The notes: generated from the sequence alone by a model not told the origin. Counted from the stretch's first letter, positions 53,266 to 63,500 are shown. The stretch is DNA of 64,000 nucleotides from Nocardioides sp. (GCA_030145945.1 JASLDK010000119.1:8143-72142); one strand, 5' to 3'. Numbers and translations: made by a program.

Positions 53266-53613
53266 ATGACCGAACAGCAATCACGCGAGTTCGCGGAGGC
53301 CTTGGGTGCAGAGATCGCCCGCTGGCGACGTACTCGCAAGCTCACACGGGCAGAGCTCGGCAAGCTCGTCGACGTCTCGGAAACAACCATCGGGCGAATC
53401 GAAAGGGGCAGCGAAGATGCCGCGGCAGCAACCACCGCCGTGTGGCGGATCGCCCGCGCACTCGGGTTGACGTTCACCTATCTCGTCCGGCGCGCTGAGG
53501 ATGCTCTGGTTGCGTCGGACCCCGATGCCACCCTCGGCGCCGTCGCCTCCACCGAGACCCAGATCGAGTACGGCATGGACTACCAGGGAGAGGCGCCAGA
53601 GGGGGGAGCCTGA
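53266..53613 (+). CDS. Immunity repressor (XRE HTH)
   Basis: LTRAELGKLVDVSETTIGRIERG; upstream of the ImmA-like gene. Confidence 0.85.
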   Translation: MTEQQSREFAEALGAEIARWRRTRKLTRAELGKLVDVSETTIGRIERGSEDAAAATTAVWRIARALGLTFTYLVRRAEDALVASDPDATLGAVASTETQIEYGMDYQGEAPEGGA

Positions 53614-54032
53614 TGCACTACAGCCCGTGGGCGGAACTGGCTGCTCTACCTCACATTGACCTGATCTGGACCCATCTGCGCGGACGCCTTGGGGAGTACC
53701 GGCACGCGGCCCGAGAGATCCATCTGCACCCCGCGATGCCGAGCACGCAGGCCCGCTGCGTCCTCGCCCATGAGTTGGCGCACGTCCGTGCCGCCGACGC
53801 ACTCACCGACTGTGCACACGTCAACGACCGCCAGGAACGATCCGCCGATCGCGAGGCCGCGCGGCTGCTCATCGACTACCGCGACCTCGGCGAAGCCCTC
53901 GCCTACACCGACCGCCGCCGCGACGAGGCCGCCCACGAACTCCGTGTCACCCGGCACGTTCTCGATGTGCGGATCAACGCGCTGCATCCGTCCGAGGCGC
54001 ACTACCTCGCGCGCAGGCTGGCCGACTACTGA
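53613..54032 (+). CDS. ImmA/IrrE-family metallopeptidase
   Basis: RCVLAHELAH...ERSADREAARLLI. Confidence 0.85.
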   Translation: MHYSPWAELAALPHIDLIWTHLRGRLGEYRHAAREIHLHPAMPSTQARCVLAHELAHVRAADALTDCAHVNDRQERSADREAARLLIDYRDLGEALAYTDRRRDEAAHELRVTRHVLDVRINALHPSEAHYLARRLADY

Positions 54033-54081
54033 GACCTAATTGTCCCGGAATCCCTGACGCAAAGGGGGCCGATGAGCCAAG

Positions 54082-54672
54082 ATGCCGCCCATGAAGAAGC
54101 TCGCCGCGGTCCCGCTCGCTGCTCTGCTCACCGTCTCTGCCTGCTCTGGATCAAACACGAAGCCGACGCCAGCGCATTCACCAAGCATGGGGGCGACATC
54201 TGCGGCTCCGTCGACCGAGCCGCCGTCCCCGGACCCGAGTGCCGGCGCGCCGCCCAATGTCGGAAAGAACGCGCTGCGAGTCGGACAGACCCGGATGGGT
54301 ACCGGCATTCACACCACGGTCCTCGAGGTGATCCAGCGGAAAGATGCACCCATCCCGTCCTACCTGCGTGGCGAGAGCGATGCAGAGGGTGCCCTGGTGC
54401 GCGTGAAGTCTTGTGTCGTCAAAGGAAGCGAGGTTCTGGCGCCTGACCAGTTCGCCGCCGAAGACGCATCCGGCGGCGTCTACTCGCCATCATCGTCGTC
54501 GTGGGACGCGTGGCCACCGCTGCCGAAGTATCCATTCACTGGACGAAAGGTACGCGCCGGTCAGTGCATCAACGGCTGGGTGCTAATCCTCGTCCCGAAT
54601 GGCGTGGCCGTCCGAAAGATTGACCTGTCCGGCGGTGATGACATCGTCGCCGAGTGGCGCGTGAAGGGCTGA
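54082..54672 (+). CDS. Prophage lipoprotein in the immunity operon
   Basis: MKKLAAVPLAALLTVSAC lipobox, Pro/Ser linker, GQCINGWV. Confidence 0.75.
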   Translation: MPPMKKLAAVPLAALLTVSACSGSNTKPTPAHSPSMGATSAAPSTEPPSPDPSAGAPPNVGKNALRVGQTRMGTGIHTTVLEVIQRKDAPIPSYLRGESDAEGALVRVKSCVVKGSEVLAPDQFAAEDASGGVYSPSSSSWDAWPPLPKYPFTGRKVRAGQCINGWVLILVPNGVAVRKIDLSGGDDIVAEWRVKG

Positions 54673-54684
54673 CCCCTTCCTCCT

Positions 54685-55857
54685 TCACGCCAGCTCTCCT
54701 GGGACCACTGTTCCAGCAACGACTGCGGGCTTCCTGCTGAGCACGTCGTCCATCTTCGCAGCCACGTCGGTCCCGATGCCGCCGATGAGTCCGCCGTAGG
54801 TACCGATCGTGGTGTTGGGCGACTCGTGCCCGATGGTGCGCTGGATCTGCACCACGTCGGCCCCGGCAGCGTGCATCGCGTAGACGGCCATGTGCCGCAG
54901 CCAGTGCGGCGTCGGCTTGCGCCCCTCCCCCAGGTTCGCGTCGGCGACGAGCTTGGGCCAGGTGTCGCGCAGGAACGTGTGCTGGTTCCAGTGATTGCCC
55001 GCCGAGTTCGTGAACACGTAGTCCCCCGGCCCCTTGCCGACCAGTCGCCGGCGCACCATCGCGGCGCACTCAGCGGGCAGCGGCACGCGGCGGAACCCGG
55101 CATAGGACTTCGCGGCGTCCGGAACGAGCACCTGCTTGTTGCCGACCTTACGGAACACCTGCGTCACGTCCACCCAGACGTTGGTCCCGTCGTCGTCCAC
55201 GTCGCGCACAGCGAGCGCCGTTGCCTCGGAGAACCTCCAGCCGACCGTGCCGAGGAACTGGATCAGGTCGGCGGCGTCCGGGTTGCCGCGCTTGGTCGCG
55301 GCCTCACGGAGCGCGTGCCACTCGGCCAGCGTGGTGCCCTTCGGGGGCTTCCGGACTGCCTTGGGGAGCTCGGTCTCCTCGCACGGGTTGTGGCTCACGA
55401 GCTTGCGAGACTTCGCGCGGCCCCACTTGTATATCGAGTGCAGCAGCATGTGGCGGTCCATCACGGACTTCGGGGAGAGCTTGGTCGCCATGTGGTCGAC
55501 CCACTTCTGTACGTCGGCCTCGTCGATCAACTCGGCTGCGCGGTGGCCGAACCAGGGCTCGATCCAGTTGGCGAAGTCGCGGCGGTACTGCTCGTCGGTG
55601 CGGGCGGTGACCTGCTTGGCCTTGGCCTCGAGGAATTTCTCCGCGAGCTGGCCCACCGTCAGGTTCCCGATGTCCTGACCGTCTGACTCGATGAGCTTGA
55701 GTGCACGGTCGACGCCGAACGAGTCGACCAGGGCCTTGAAGCTGACGGCTTCCTTCTCGGTCGGGAAGGTGGTCGATGCCTGCCGTTGCCCGTGCCGATA
55801 CAGCACAGCCCAGCGTGATTCACCGGCAGTTGAGACGCGTTCGCGGATGCTCGCCAT
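54685..55857 (-). CDS. int: Tyrosine integrase
   Basis: GWRFSE (R), KS, HWLRH, IGHES and TIGTY catalytic residues. Confidence 0.95.
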   Translation of the reverse strand: MASIRERVSTAGESRWAVLYRHGQRQASTTFPTEKEAVSFKALVDSFGVDRALKLIESDGQDIGNLTVGQLAEKFLEAKAKQVTARTDEQYRRDFANWIEPWFGHRAAELIDEADVQKWVDHMATKLSPKSVMDRHMLLHSIYKWGRAKSRKLVSHNPCEETELPKAVRKPPKGTTLAEWHALREAATKRGNPDAADLIQFLGTVGWRFSEATALAVRDVDDDGTNVWVDVTQVFRKVGNKQVLVPDAAKSYAGFRRVPLPAECAAMVRRRLVGKGPGDYVFTNSAGNHWNQHTFLRDTWPKLVADANLGEGRKPTPHWLRHMAVYAMHAAGADVVQIQRTIGHESPNTTIGTYGGLIGGIGTDVAAKMDDVLSRKPAVVAGTVVPGELA

Positions 55858-55957
55858 GAGTTCAGTCTGCCCCAGGTTTGTTGACGCCAAGTTGACCAGA
55901 GCCGGGAAGAGCGATGGCCCCCGACCTGTTTCAGCAGGTCAGAGGCCATATTACGCG

Positions 55958-55980
55958 CGCACCCCCAACGGGATTCGAAC
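55958..55980. repeat. att core, right copy (within the restored tRNA-Glu)
   Basis: Identical to 17440-17462. Confidence 0.95.
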
Positions 55981-56032
55981 CCGTGCTACCGCCGTGAAAG
56001 GGCGGGGTCCTAGGCCGCTAGACGATGGGGGC
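55960..56032 (-). tRNA. tRNA-Glu(TTC)
   Basis: GCCCCCATCGTCTAGCGG...CCGCC-CTTTCAC-GGCGG...GGTTCGAATCCCGTTGGGGGTG. Confidence 0.97.
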
Positions 56033-56117
56033 CCTGCCGTCGTTGCCGACGACCGACACAGCATAGGGGCAAGGCGGCGCCGCCTTCCAATTGGCCCGCT
56101 CGGTCAGACTGAGCACC

Positions 56118-56465
56118 ATGGACGTCACGGACGAGGAATTCGAGCAGTACGTCGCCGACGCGCTCGACAGTCTGCCCGTCGACCTGCTGAAGCTGGTCGA
56201 CAACGTGGCGATCCTGGTCGAGGCCGAGGCGCCCGCCGACGATCCCGACCTCCTGGGCCTGTACGACGGCATCGCGCTGACTCATCGGGACAGTCACTAC
56301 ACCTTCGTCGCGCCCGATCGGATCCTGATCTTCCGCGGTCCGCTGCTCCGGATGTGTCGCGACGTCGAGGAACTGGTCGAGGAGGTCCGGATCACCGTCG
56401 TCCACGAGATCGCGCACCACTTCGGGATCGACGACGAGCAGCTGCACGCATGGGGTTGGGGCTGA
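56118..56465 (+). CDS. Zincin-like metallopeptidase family protein
   Basis: LLGLYDGI, PDRI.IFR and VVHEIAHHFGIDD. Confidence 0.9.
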   Translation: MDVTDEEFEQYVADALDSLPVDLLKLVDNVAILVEAEAPADDPDLLGLYDGIALTHRDSHYTFVAPDRILIFRGPLLRMCRDVEELVEEVRITVVHEIAHHFGIDDEQLHAWGWG

Positions 56466-56529
56466 CGCCGTCCACGGTGACCGCCGATTGTCGGCCCGCC
56501 CCCGGGTTCATGTATCGTTCTCGTCGCTT

Positions 56530-56606
56530 GGTCAGGTAGCTCAGTTGGTACGAGCGTCCGCCTGAAAAGTGGAAGGTCGGCGGTTCGACCCCGCCCCTGA
56601 CCACCA
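56530..56606 (+). tRNA. tRNA-Phe(GAA)
   Basis: GGTCAGG/CCTGACC acceptor stem, CTGAAAA anticodon loop, encoded CCA. Confidence 0.97.
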
Positions 56607-56611
56607 GCATC

Positions 56612-56647
56612 ACGGCCCCCGTCCTGTGGACGGGGGCCGTTGACTTT
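56612..56647 (+). terminator. Terminator after tRNA-Phe
   Basis: ACGGCCCCCGTCC/GGACGGGGGCCGT stem followed by TGACTTT. Confidence 0.7.
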
Positions 56648-56751
56648 CCCACCTCCTCTTTTGGGGGTGGTCGCCTCATGCGACCGGTCCCGCCCGCGCA
56701 CGAGAGTTGGGTCCTGCATGCCCGGTCGCGGGCTCGTCGGAGGGATGCCTG

Positions 56752-58311
56752 ATGCGGATCATCGCGCGCACGTGCGCCGTCGTACTCCTGGTCGCCCTGG
56801 GGGCGCTCGGAACCAATGCGGACGCCGCTCCACGTCCCCGGATCACGCTGAGTGCGCCCGCATCGGTGAACGCGGGGACATCAGCGACGCTCAAGGTGGC
56901 GGTCCGCAAGGCCGTCGCCCGCCAGCGTGCGGTCCTGCAGCGGCGGTCGGGCGGCCACTGGGTGAAGGTGGCCGCGAAGTCACTGCCGCGCAAGGGGGCG
57001 CTGAAGAGGGTCCGGTTCGTGGTCCGCCCACCGGCCACGACCTCGTACCGCGTGCGCCTGCTCGCCAAGGCGCCCGCCCGGGCAGCGGTCTCGCGACCAG
57101 TGCTGGTCACGGTCCGCACGCCGGTCCCCCGACCGAAGTTGGAGATCGCCTCGACGCCCCAGCCCGGGCAGAACACGGACGACCGGGTGCGCGACGCGGC
57201 CATGTCCGCCGACGGCCGGTACATCGTCTACACCGCCACGGTCGGCGCCGTGTACGCCGACGAGACCGACGGGATCTCCCAGATCTACCGGCGCGACATG
57301 GTGACCGGTACGACGGTCCTGGTGTCGGCGAACAAGAACGGCGTCACCGGTGATCAGAACTCCGATGGCCCGTCGGTCTCCGCCGACGGGCGCTACATCG
57401 CCTATGCCTCCGACGCCGACAACCTGGTGTCCGGCGACACCAACACCACCTCGGACGTCTTCGTCTGGGATGCCTCGACGAAGTTCACCCGGCTCGTATC
57501 CGCCGGCATGAACGGGCTCCCCGCGAATGCGGCTTCGCGGGAGGCGAGCATCTCTGCCGACGGCCTCCGGGTCGCCTTCAGCTCCGCAGCCTCGAATCTC
57601 ATTCCCAGCGACGCCAATTCGTCCAGCGACGTCTTCATCCGCGATCTCCCGGCCGACACCACGACGCGGATCAGCCACTACGACAACGGCGCCGAGACAG
57701 CGTCGTACTCCGCCAACCCCCAGATCTCCCCCGACGGCGAGCACGTCGCCTACGTGACCGGGGCGGCGATCAGTCCGGCGGACACCGACACCGTCGCGGA
57801 CATCTACGAGTGGCATCGGGCGACGAACAAGGCGTCGTACGTCTCGCACGATGCGGCCGGGCTCTCACCGGGATCGGCCGACGCCAACGCGCCCAGCCTG
57901 TCCGGCGACGGCCGGTACGTCGTCTTCACCGATTCCTATCCCTTCACCGGCATCGGCAACGGTCTCGACCACGTGTACCGCTGGGACCGCAGCACGGACG
58001 CGGTCACCCTCGTCGACCACACGGGCGCCGGCGGAATCAGCAACGGGAACGCCCGCGGAGGCGTCGTCTCCGCCGACGGCTCCACGATCGCCTTCGCGAG
58101 CGGCGCCAGCAATCTCACCGGCAACCCGCCCCCGGGCCTGGTCGTATGGCGTGCCGGCCGGTACTCCACGGTGCCGGCCTTCGTGGCGACTCAGGTGCAC
58201 GCCGCAGGGTTGTCCGCCGGCGGCCGGTACCTGGCCGTCTTCTACGCCGGCCAGCTGACCAGCGCCGAGCCGCTCCGTTCCAGCGCCTACCGATGGGGGC
58301 CGCTCCCATGA
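56752..58311 (+). CDS. Secreted TolB-like beta-propeller protein (PD40 repeats)
   Basis: Signal peptide; repeated (P)SxSADGRY(I/V)A and SNLV.GDTN..DVF. Confidence 0.85.
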   Translation: MRIIARTCAVVLLVALGALGTNADAAPRPRITLSAPASVNAGTSATLKVAVRKAVARQRAVLQRRSGGHWVKVAAKSLPRKGALKRVRFVVRPPATTSYRVRLLAKAPARAAVSRPVLVTVRTPVPRPKLEIASTPQPGQNTDDRVRDAAMSADGRYIVYTATVGAVYADETDGISQIYRRDMVTGTTVLVSANKNGVTGDQNSDGPSVSADGRYIAYASDADNLVSGDTNTTSDVFVWDASTKFTRLVSAGMNGLPANAASREASISADGLRVAFSSAASNLIPSDANSSSDVFIRDLPADTTTRISHYDNGAETASYSANPQISPDGEHVAYVTGAAISPADTDTVADIYEWHRATNKASYVSHDAAGLSPGSADANAPSLSGDGRYVVFTDSYPFTGIGNGLDHVYRWDRSTDAVTLVDHTGAGGISNGNARGGVVSADGSTIAFASGASNLTGNPPPGLVVWRAGRYSTVPAFVATQVHAAGLSAGGRYLAVFYAGQLTSAEPLRSSAYRWGPLP

Positions 58312-58358
58312 GCACACATGACACCGACCCGACCCACGTGAACGAAAAGAGACCTCGG

Positions 58359-59384
58359 ATGACCCGACGGATCAGCCCGGCCCTGGCAGCGCTGCTCGCG
58401 ATGACACTGGGCGGCGCCGGCGTCCTGATGGCCCCTGCGGCGAGCGCGGACCCCGCGCCGCCGTACACCGACGCCAACTGGGACCCGTACCTCGCCGCCG
58501 CCGCCAACCAGTGCACGGTCACGCAAGCACCATTCGACGGCAATCCGACGGACATCGCGACGGACGGGAGGCCCCACGCGGTCGATCTCTCGGCCTCCGC
58601 GACCTCGGTGAAGATCGGCGACGCCGCCGACAAGACCACGACGACCTTCAGCGAGCACCTGCTCGGGTCGATCGGCACCCGAGGGGCCAGCCCCTCGGCG
58701 ATCACCCTGCAGTTCTCCGGCAAGGTCACCTCGGTCCGCGAGAAGACCCCCTCGCAGTGCACTCCGACCGGGATGCTGGGATCGGCCTTGAACTTCGCCT
58801 TCACGACCACCAAGCCGATGTGGATCGACCTGCGCGTGCTCAATCGCGGCAATTCGTACGCCGAGGCCTACTTGTGGGATGCCGACGACTCCTCAGTTCA
58901 CTACCTCGAGTTCTACGGCAAGGCCATGAACTTCGCCGGCTCACAGCGCACGTACCTCCCGGCCGGCAATTGGGCGGGCTATCTCGAGGGCGACATCAAC
59001 CTCGGCCCGGCCTACGGCCCCACCGGCTCGGGTTCGCTCAACATGACCTTCACCGACGTGGGCGCACGCACTGCCGGCCCGTCGGGTAGGGCGACGCCGT
59101 ACGTCGGCTTCCCCGCGACGCGCACCTGCGCGACCCACAACGCCACCCTCAAGCTGACCAGCGACCGGAAGCGCGCGAAGACGATCAAGAAGGCCGTCGT
59201 CGACGTCAACGGTCACCGGGTCAGCACGCTCCGGTCCGGCTTCCGGGGCCGTGCGATCCCGCTGACCCTGGCTGACGACAAGGCGGCCGCCGTCAAGGTC
59301 ACTGTCACCACGGTGCAGACCAGGCACGGAAAGAAGATCCGCAAGGTGCGCTCGGTCTCGGCGAACTACCTCGCCTGCAACTGA
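58359..59384 (+). CDS. Secreted hypothetical protein
   Basis: Signal peptide ending APAASA; basic C-terminal domain. Confidence 0.7.
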   Translation: MTRRISPALAALLAMTLGGAGVLMAPAASADPAPPYTDANWDPYLAAAANQCTVTQAPFDGNPTDIATDGRPHAVDLSASATSVKIGDAADKTTTTFSEHLLGSIGTRGASPSAITLQFSGKVTSVREKTPSQCTPTGMLGSALNFAFTTTKPMWIDLRVLNRGNSYAEAYLWDADDSSVHYLEFYGKAMNFAGSQRTYLPAGNWAGYLEGDINLGPAYGPTGSGSLNMTFTDVGARTAGPSGRATPYVGFPATRTCATHNATLKLTSDRKRAKTIKKAVVDVNGHRVSTLRSGFRGRAIPLTLADDKAAAVKVTVTTVQTRHGKKIRKVRSVSANYLACN

Positions 59385-60832
59385 CCATCGGCGGTCGCGG
59401 CGGCCAGCTCGCCGCGACCGCCGATCCCCAGCTTCACGTAGACCCGCCCGAGATGGTTCTCGACCGTCTTCGGTGACAGGAAGAGCCGCTGCGCGATCTC
59501 CCGGTTCGACAGGCCGTCGACGGCGAGGTCGACGACCCGCTGCTCGGCCGCGGTGAGCCCGGTCGTGCCGGGACGCCGCGGCCGGTCGCCGTTGGCGGCG
59601 AGCGCATCGTCGATCCGTTGCGCGAGCAGGTTCGCGCCGAGCCCGGCGGCCAGGCCCGCGGCTTCCGACAGTCGCTCCCGGGCCTGTGCCCGGCGACCGG
59701 CCACCCGCAGCGCCTCACCCAGGTCCAGCAGCGCCAGCGCACGGTCGAAGGCCGTCGGCGAGGCGCCCAGGGCCGCAAGAGCCTCCCCGGCAAGCTCGAC
59801 GCGTTGCTCGATCGACGGCGCCACCCATGAGCTCATCCGCAGCGCCTCCGCGATCTCGGCAGGGCTCTCCCACGATCGCGCCGCGGCCATCTGGGCCTCG
59901 GCGAGGGCGGTGGCCCGGTCGCGATCACCCAGCTGCAGCAAGGCTCGTACGGCGTCGTGCCGCCAGTGCATCTGGGGCATCTCGAGTCCGACCCGGTCCA
60001 ATGCGGCACCCAGCTCTTCGGCGTGCTCCAGGGCGCGTTGCGGATCTCCTCCGAGAAGAGCCTCACGCGAGCGCAACTGCAGGAGCCACAAGGCGGCGAT
60101 CGCGCGATCACCACCGTGCTCGTCGTCGTACGCGGAGAGCACCGTGCGATAGGCGGTCAGGTCACCGGTCTCCATCGCCACCAGGCCGGCGAAGTAGGTC
60201 AGCGTGGCGCGCAGGTGCGGCAGGGTCGGACTCGGCGGCGCATCGGCGAGCCCGGCCAGCGCGCGACCGGCCTCGTCCGCGATGGCGCCGAGCGGCTCGC
60301 CGAAGCGCCACAACAGGGCGCATCCCACGGCGGACACCAGCGCGACCTGCTGCGGCGTACCCAGTTCGACGGCCCAGAGCAGCGCACGATCGTGCTCGTA
60401 GCGTCCGACGCGGTCGTCGTCACTCACCAGGAGCGCCATCATCGCGACCGTCCAGGCATGCAGGGCCTCGGGATCTCGCCGGCCGTCGTCGAAGAGCGCA
60501 CCCGAGGCCAGCGCCCGGGTCGCCACCTCCCACACCCGGTCGCGATCGCGGGCGGTGTAGCGCAGGGCCTGCGCCAGATGCGCGAGCAGGATCCGTTCCT
60601 CCGGCAGCTCGCCGGGGAGCTTCTCGAAGGTCAGCAGCCGGGCCAGGGTGGCCGCGCGTTCGGTCGGCTCTGTCGATCCGACGACAGCCAGTCGGGCATG
60701 CAGCCGCAGCGACTCCTGCGAGCCCGGCTCCGCACCCGCGATCTCGCCGAGCAGCCGGTCGATCTCGACGATCGCCCGGCCGCCGCCCTTCCGCGACGGC
60801 GGCCTCGTCTCCCCAGCGCTCGGCATGCGCAC
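59366..60832 (-). CDS. LuxR-family regulator (helical-repeat region plus C-terminal HTH)
   Basis: GLTAAEQRVVDLAVDGLSNREIAQRLFLSPKTVENHLGRVYVKLG. Confidence 0.88.
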   Translation of the reverse strand: MRMPSAGETRPPSRKGGGRAIVEIDRLLGEIAGAEPGSQESLRLHARLAVVGSTEPTERAATLARLLTFEKLPGELPEERILLAHLAQALRYTARDRDRVWEVATRALASGALFDDGRRDPEALHAWTVAMMALLVSDDDRVGRYEHDRALLWAVELGTPQQVALVSAVGCALLWRFGEPLGAIADEAGRALAGLADAPPSPTLPHLRATLTYFAGLVAMETGDLTAYRTVLSAYDDEHGGDRAIAALWLLQLRSREALLGGDPQRALEHAEELGAALDRVGLEMPQMHWRHDAVRALLQLGDRDRATALAEAQMAAARSWESPAEIAEALRMSSWVAPSIEQRVELAGEALAALGASPTAFDRALALLDLGEALRVAGRRAQARERLSEAAGLAAGLGANLLAQRIDDALAANGDRPRRPGTTGLTAAEQRVVDLAVDGLSNREIAQRLFLSPKTVENHLGRVYVKLGIGGRGELAAATADGQLQAR

Positions 60833-60900
60833 ACTGTAGAAGCTCCGCGGACCGGACGCGGTCCTGTCGTCGAAGACCGATCCCCGGCAACAATGAGCCC

Positions 60901-61668
60901 ATGAGCGTCGACGTCGAGCACAGCGGAGCCATCACGGTCATCACCATCAGCCGGCCGGAGGTGCGCAATGCGGTGGACCGTCGTACGGCGGACGCGCTGG
61001 CGGCGGCCTTCCGGGCCTTCGACGAGGACGCCGATGCCAGCGTGGCGATCCTGACCGGAGCCGGCGGTGGCTTCTGCGCGGGCGCGGACCTCAAGGCAGT
61101 GGGCTCGGGCGAGCCCAATCGGGTGGAGCCGGACGGGGACGGCCCGATGGGACCGACCCGGATGCGTCTGGGCAAGCCGGTCATCGCGGCCGTCGAAGGG
61201 CACGCGGTCGCGGGCGGGCTGGAGCTGGCACTCTGGGCCGACCTGCGGGTGGCGGCGCGCGATGCCGTCTTCGGCGTCTTCTGCCGACGCTGGGGCGTCC
61301 CCCTGATCGACGGCGGCACCTTCAGGCTGCCGCGGCTGATCGGCGAGTCGCGGGCGATGGACCTGGTCCTCACCGGCCGGCCGGTGGACGCCCTCGAGGC
61401 GGAGCGGATCGGGCTGGTGAACCGGCTCGCCGAACCCGGCCAGGCGCTCGAGGAGGCACGGGCGCTGGCGGCTCAGCTCGCCGCCTTCCCGCAGACCTGC
61501 ATGCGGCACGACCGGCTCAGCATGCTGGACGCCGCCGGTCAGGATGAGGCCGCGGCGATCACCACGGAATACCGGCACGGCCTGGCCGCACTGATGTCCG
61601 AATCAGTCGCCGGTGCCCGGCGCTTCGCATCCGGAGCGGGACGCCACGGAAGCTTCGAGGACGACTGA
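60901..61668 (+). CDS. Enoyl-CoA hydratase/crotonase
   Basis: RPEVRNAVD, FCAGADLK, AVAGGLEL and RRWGVPLIDGG. Confidence 0.92.
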   Translation: MSVDVEHSGAITVITISRPEVRNAVDRRTADALAAAFRAFDEDADASVAILTGAGGGFCAGADLKAVGSGEPNRVEPDGDGPMGPTRMRLGKPVIAAVEGHAVAGGLELALWADLRVAARDAVFGVFCRRWGVPLIDGGTFRLPRLIGESRAMDLVLTGRPVDALEAERIGLVNRLAEPGQALEEARALAAQLAAFPQTCMRHDRLSMLDAAGQDEAAAITTEYRHGLAALMSESVAGARRFASGAGRHGSFEDD

Positions 61669-61670
61669 CC

Positions 61671-61883
61671 TCAGTCGCGAGGACCGCGCTGGGTCGGAAT
61701 GACGCCGTCGAGCAGCTGCCGGACCTCGGCCTCGCGATAGCGACGGTGGCCGCCGAGGGTCCTGATGGCGTTGAGCTTGCCCGCCTGCGCCCACCGGGTG
61801 ACGGTCTTGGGGTCGACGCGGAACATCGCCGCCACCTCCGCCGGCGTCAGCAACTGCTCGGGCTCGGCCGCGTACTGGTTCAT
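61671..61883 (-). CDS. bldC: BldC-family MerR-like regulator
   Basis: LLTPAEVAAMFRVDPKTVTRWA.AGKL..IRTLGGHRRY. Confidence 0.92.
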   Translation of the reverse strand: MNQYAAEPEQLLTPAEVAAMFRVDPKTVTRWAQAGKLNAIRTLGGHRRYREAEVRQLLDGVIPTQRGPRD

Positions 61884-62109
61884 CCTCTGAATCTCCCTCG
61901 TCATCCGCACCATGCGATAACGACTTTAAGCCCGGACCCGGGCGAACCGGCACAAGTCCGACCAGCCGTTCTAGACCAGTTGCCACGACGCTGGACAGGC
62001 GCGCGGAAGCGCCGTACGAGGCGGGCGGTCGAAAACCGCCCGCGCAGGTACGCCGAATGACGCGACGGCCGGTCGAACCGGACGTCACCGTCGAGGGGTG
62101 GAGAACCGC

Positions 62110-62292
62110 TCAGTCTCGAGACGGGTCGGCGTAGTCCGACCACTTGTCGAGCTCGCCGGCGTCGATCTCGCTCCCGGGGTCATCGCCACCGTGGAGTTCC
62201 TTCGCCAACGCACCGAAGTCCGTCTCATGAGAGCGGTACTTCAGATCACGGGCAACCTTCGTCTGCTTTGCCTTAGCACGGCCGCGTCCCAT
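62110..62292 (-). CDS. DUF3073 protein
   Basis: MGRGRAKAKQTKVARDLKY; follows purM. Confidence 0.9.
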   Translation of the reverse strand: MGRGRAKAKQTKVARDLKYRSHETDFGALAKELHGGDDPGSEIDAGELDKWSDYADPSRD

Positions 62293-62431
62293 AGTGGGTC
62301 GACCCCCTCGCACACTTGGCCGGCGCCCCAAGGGCTACCGGTCGGATCCTAGTCTCTTCGTGAGACCAACCGTACCCGGCCACGTGTCATTCCTGCACAT
62401 CGGATCGCCGCTTGACCGGCGATTGGGACGT

Positions 62432-63487
62432 TCAGGCGTCCTTCTGGGCCCCGACGAGCTCCACCACACCGGGCTCTCCGGCCGTCGAAGCGCTCGCCTC
62501 ACCGGCGATCCAGGCGGCCACGCCCCGCTCCTGCAGCAGTCGAAGCGCCGCGTCGGCCGCCTCGGGCGCGACCAGGGCGACCATGCCGACCCCGCAGTTG
62601 AGCGTGCGCTCAAGATCCGACACGGCGACCCCGCCGGTGTCCCGCACCCAGCCGAAGATCGGCGGCAGCTCCCACGTGGTGCGGTCGAGCCGCACACTGA
62701 CGCCCTCGGGGAGCACCCGCTCCAGGTTGGCGGCCAGGCCGCCGCCGGTGACGTGTGCCATCGCATGGGTACCGGGCTGCGCGGCGAGATCCAGGCACGG
62801 ACGCGTGTACAGCCGGGTCGGGACCAGCAGTTCCTCGCCGAGCGTGCTGCCGAAGGCGTCGACGTGCTCGTCGAGCTTGCGGCCGGCCTGCGCGACGACG
62901 TGCCGCACCAGCGAGTAGCCGTTGGAGTGCAGGCCGCTCGAGGCCATCGCGATCGCGACATCACCGGCGCGGACACGCTCGGCGCCGAGCAGGGCGTCGT
63001 ACTCGACGACACCGGTGGTCGCGCCCGCGACGTCGTACTCGTCCGGGGCCAGCAGACCCGGGTGCTCGGCGGTCTCGCCGCCCACGAGGGCGCAGCCCGC
63101 CTCGGCACAGGCCTCGGCGATGCCTTGCACGATGGCCGCGATCCGCTCGGGTACGACGCGTCCCGTGGCGATGTAGTCGGTCATGAAGAGCGGCTCGGCG
63201 CCGCACACGACGAGGTCGTCGACGACCATGCCGACCAGGTCGAAGCCGATGGTGTCGTGCTTGTCCATGGCCTGTGCGATCGCCACCTTGGTGCCGACAC
63301 CGTCGGTCGAGGTGGCCAGCAGCGGCCGCTGGTAGCGGGTCAGCGCCGAAGCGTCGAAGAGGCCGGCGAAGCCGCCGAGCCCGCCCAGCATCTCGGGACG
63401 GCGCGCCTTCTCGATGGAGCCCTTCATCAGTTCGATCGCACGATCGGCCGCATCGATGGAGACTCCGGCGGCCTCATAGGTCGTCAT
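62432..63487 (-). CDS. purM: Phosphoribosylformylglycinamidine cyclo-ligase
   Basis: YEAAGV, TDGVGTK, GGETAEHPG, SSGLHSNGYS and HVTGGG. Confidence 0.97.
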   Translation of the reverse strand: MTTYEAAGVSIDAADRAIELMKGSIEKARRPEMLGGLGGFAGLFDASALTRYQRPLLATSTDGVGTKVAIAQAMDKHDTIGFDLVGMVVDDLVVCGAEPLFMTDYIATGRVVPERIAAIVQGIAEACAEAGCALVGGETAEHPGLLAPDEYDVAGATTGVVEYDALLGAERVRAGDVAIAMASSGLHSNGYSLVRHVVAQAGRKLDEHVDAFGSTLGEELLVPTRLYTRPCLDLAAQPGTHAMAHVTGGGLAANLERVLPEGVSVRLDRTTWELPPIFGWVRDTGGVAVSDLERTLNCGVGMVALVAPEAADAALRLLQERGVAAWIAGEASASTAGEPGVVELVGAQKDA

Positions 63488-63500
63488 GGACGGTGTCTCC

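Larger units (their letters stand above)
17440..55980. mobile_element. Prophage (siphovirus-like, temperate, ~38.5 kb) integrated in tRNA-Glu
   Basis: Bounded by a 23-bp direct repeat; contains integrase, immunity, recombination, terminase, portal, capsid, tail, tape measure and lysis genes in canonical order. Confidence 0.96.
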
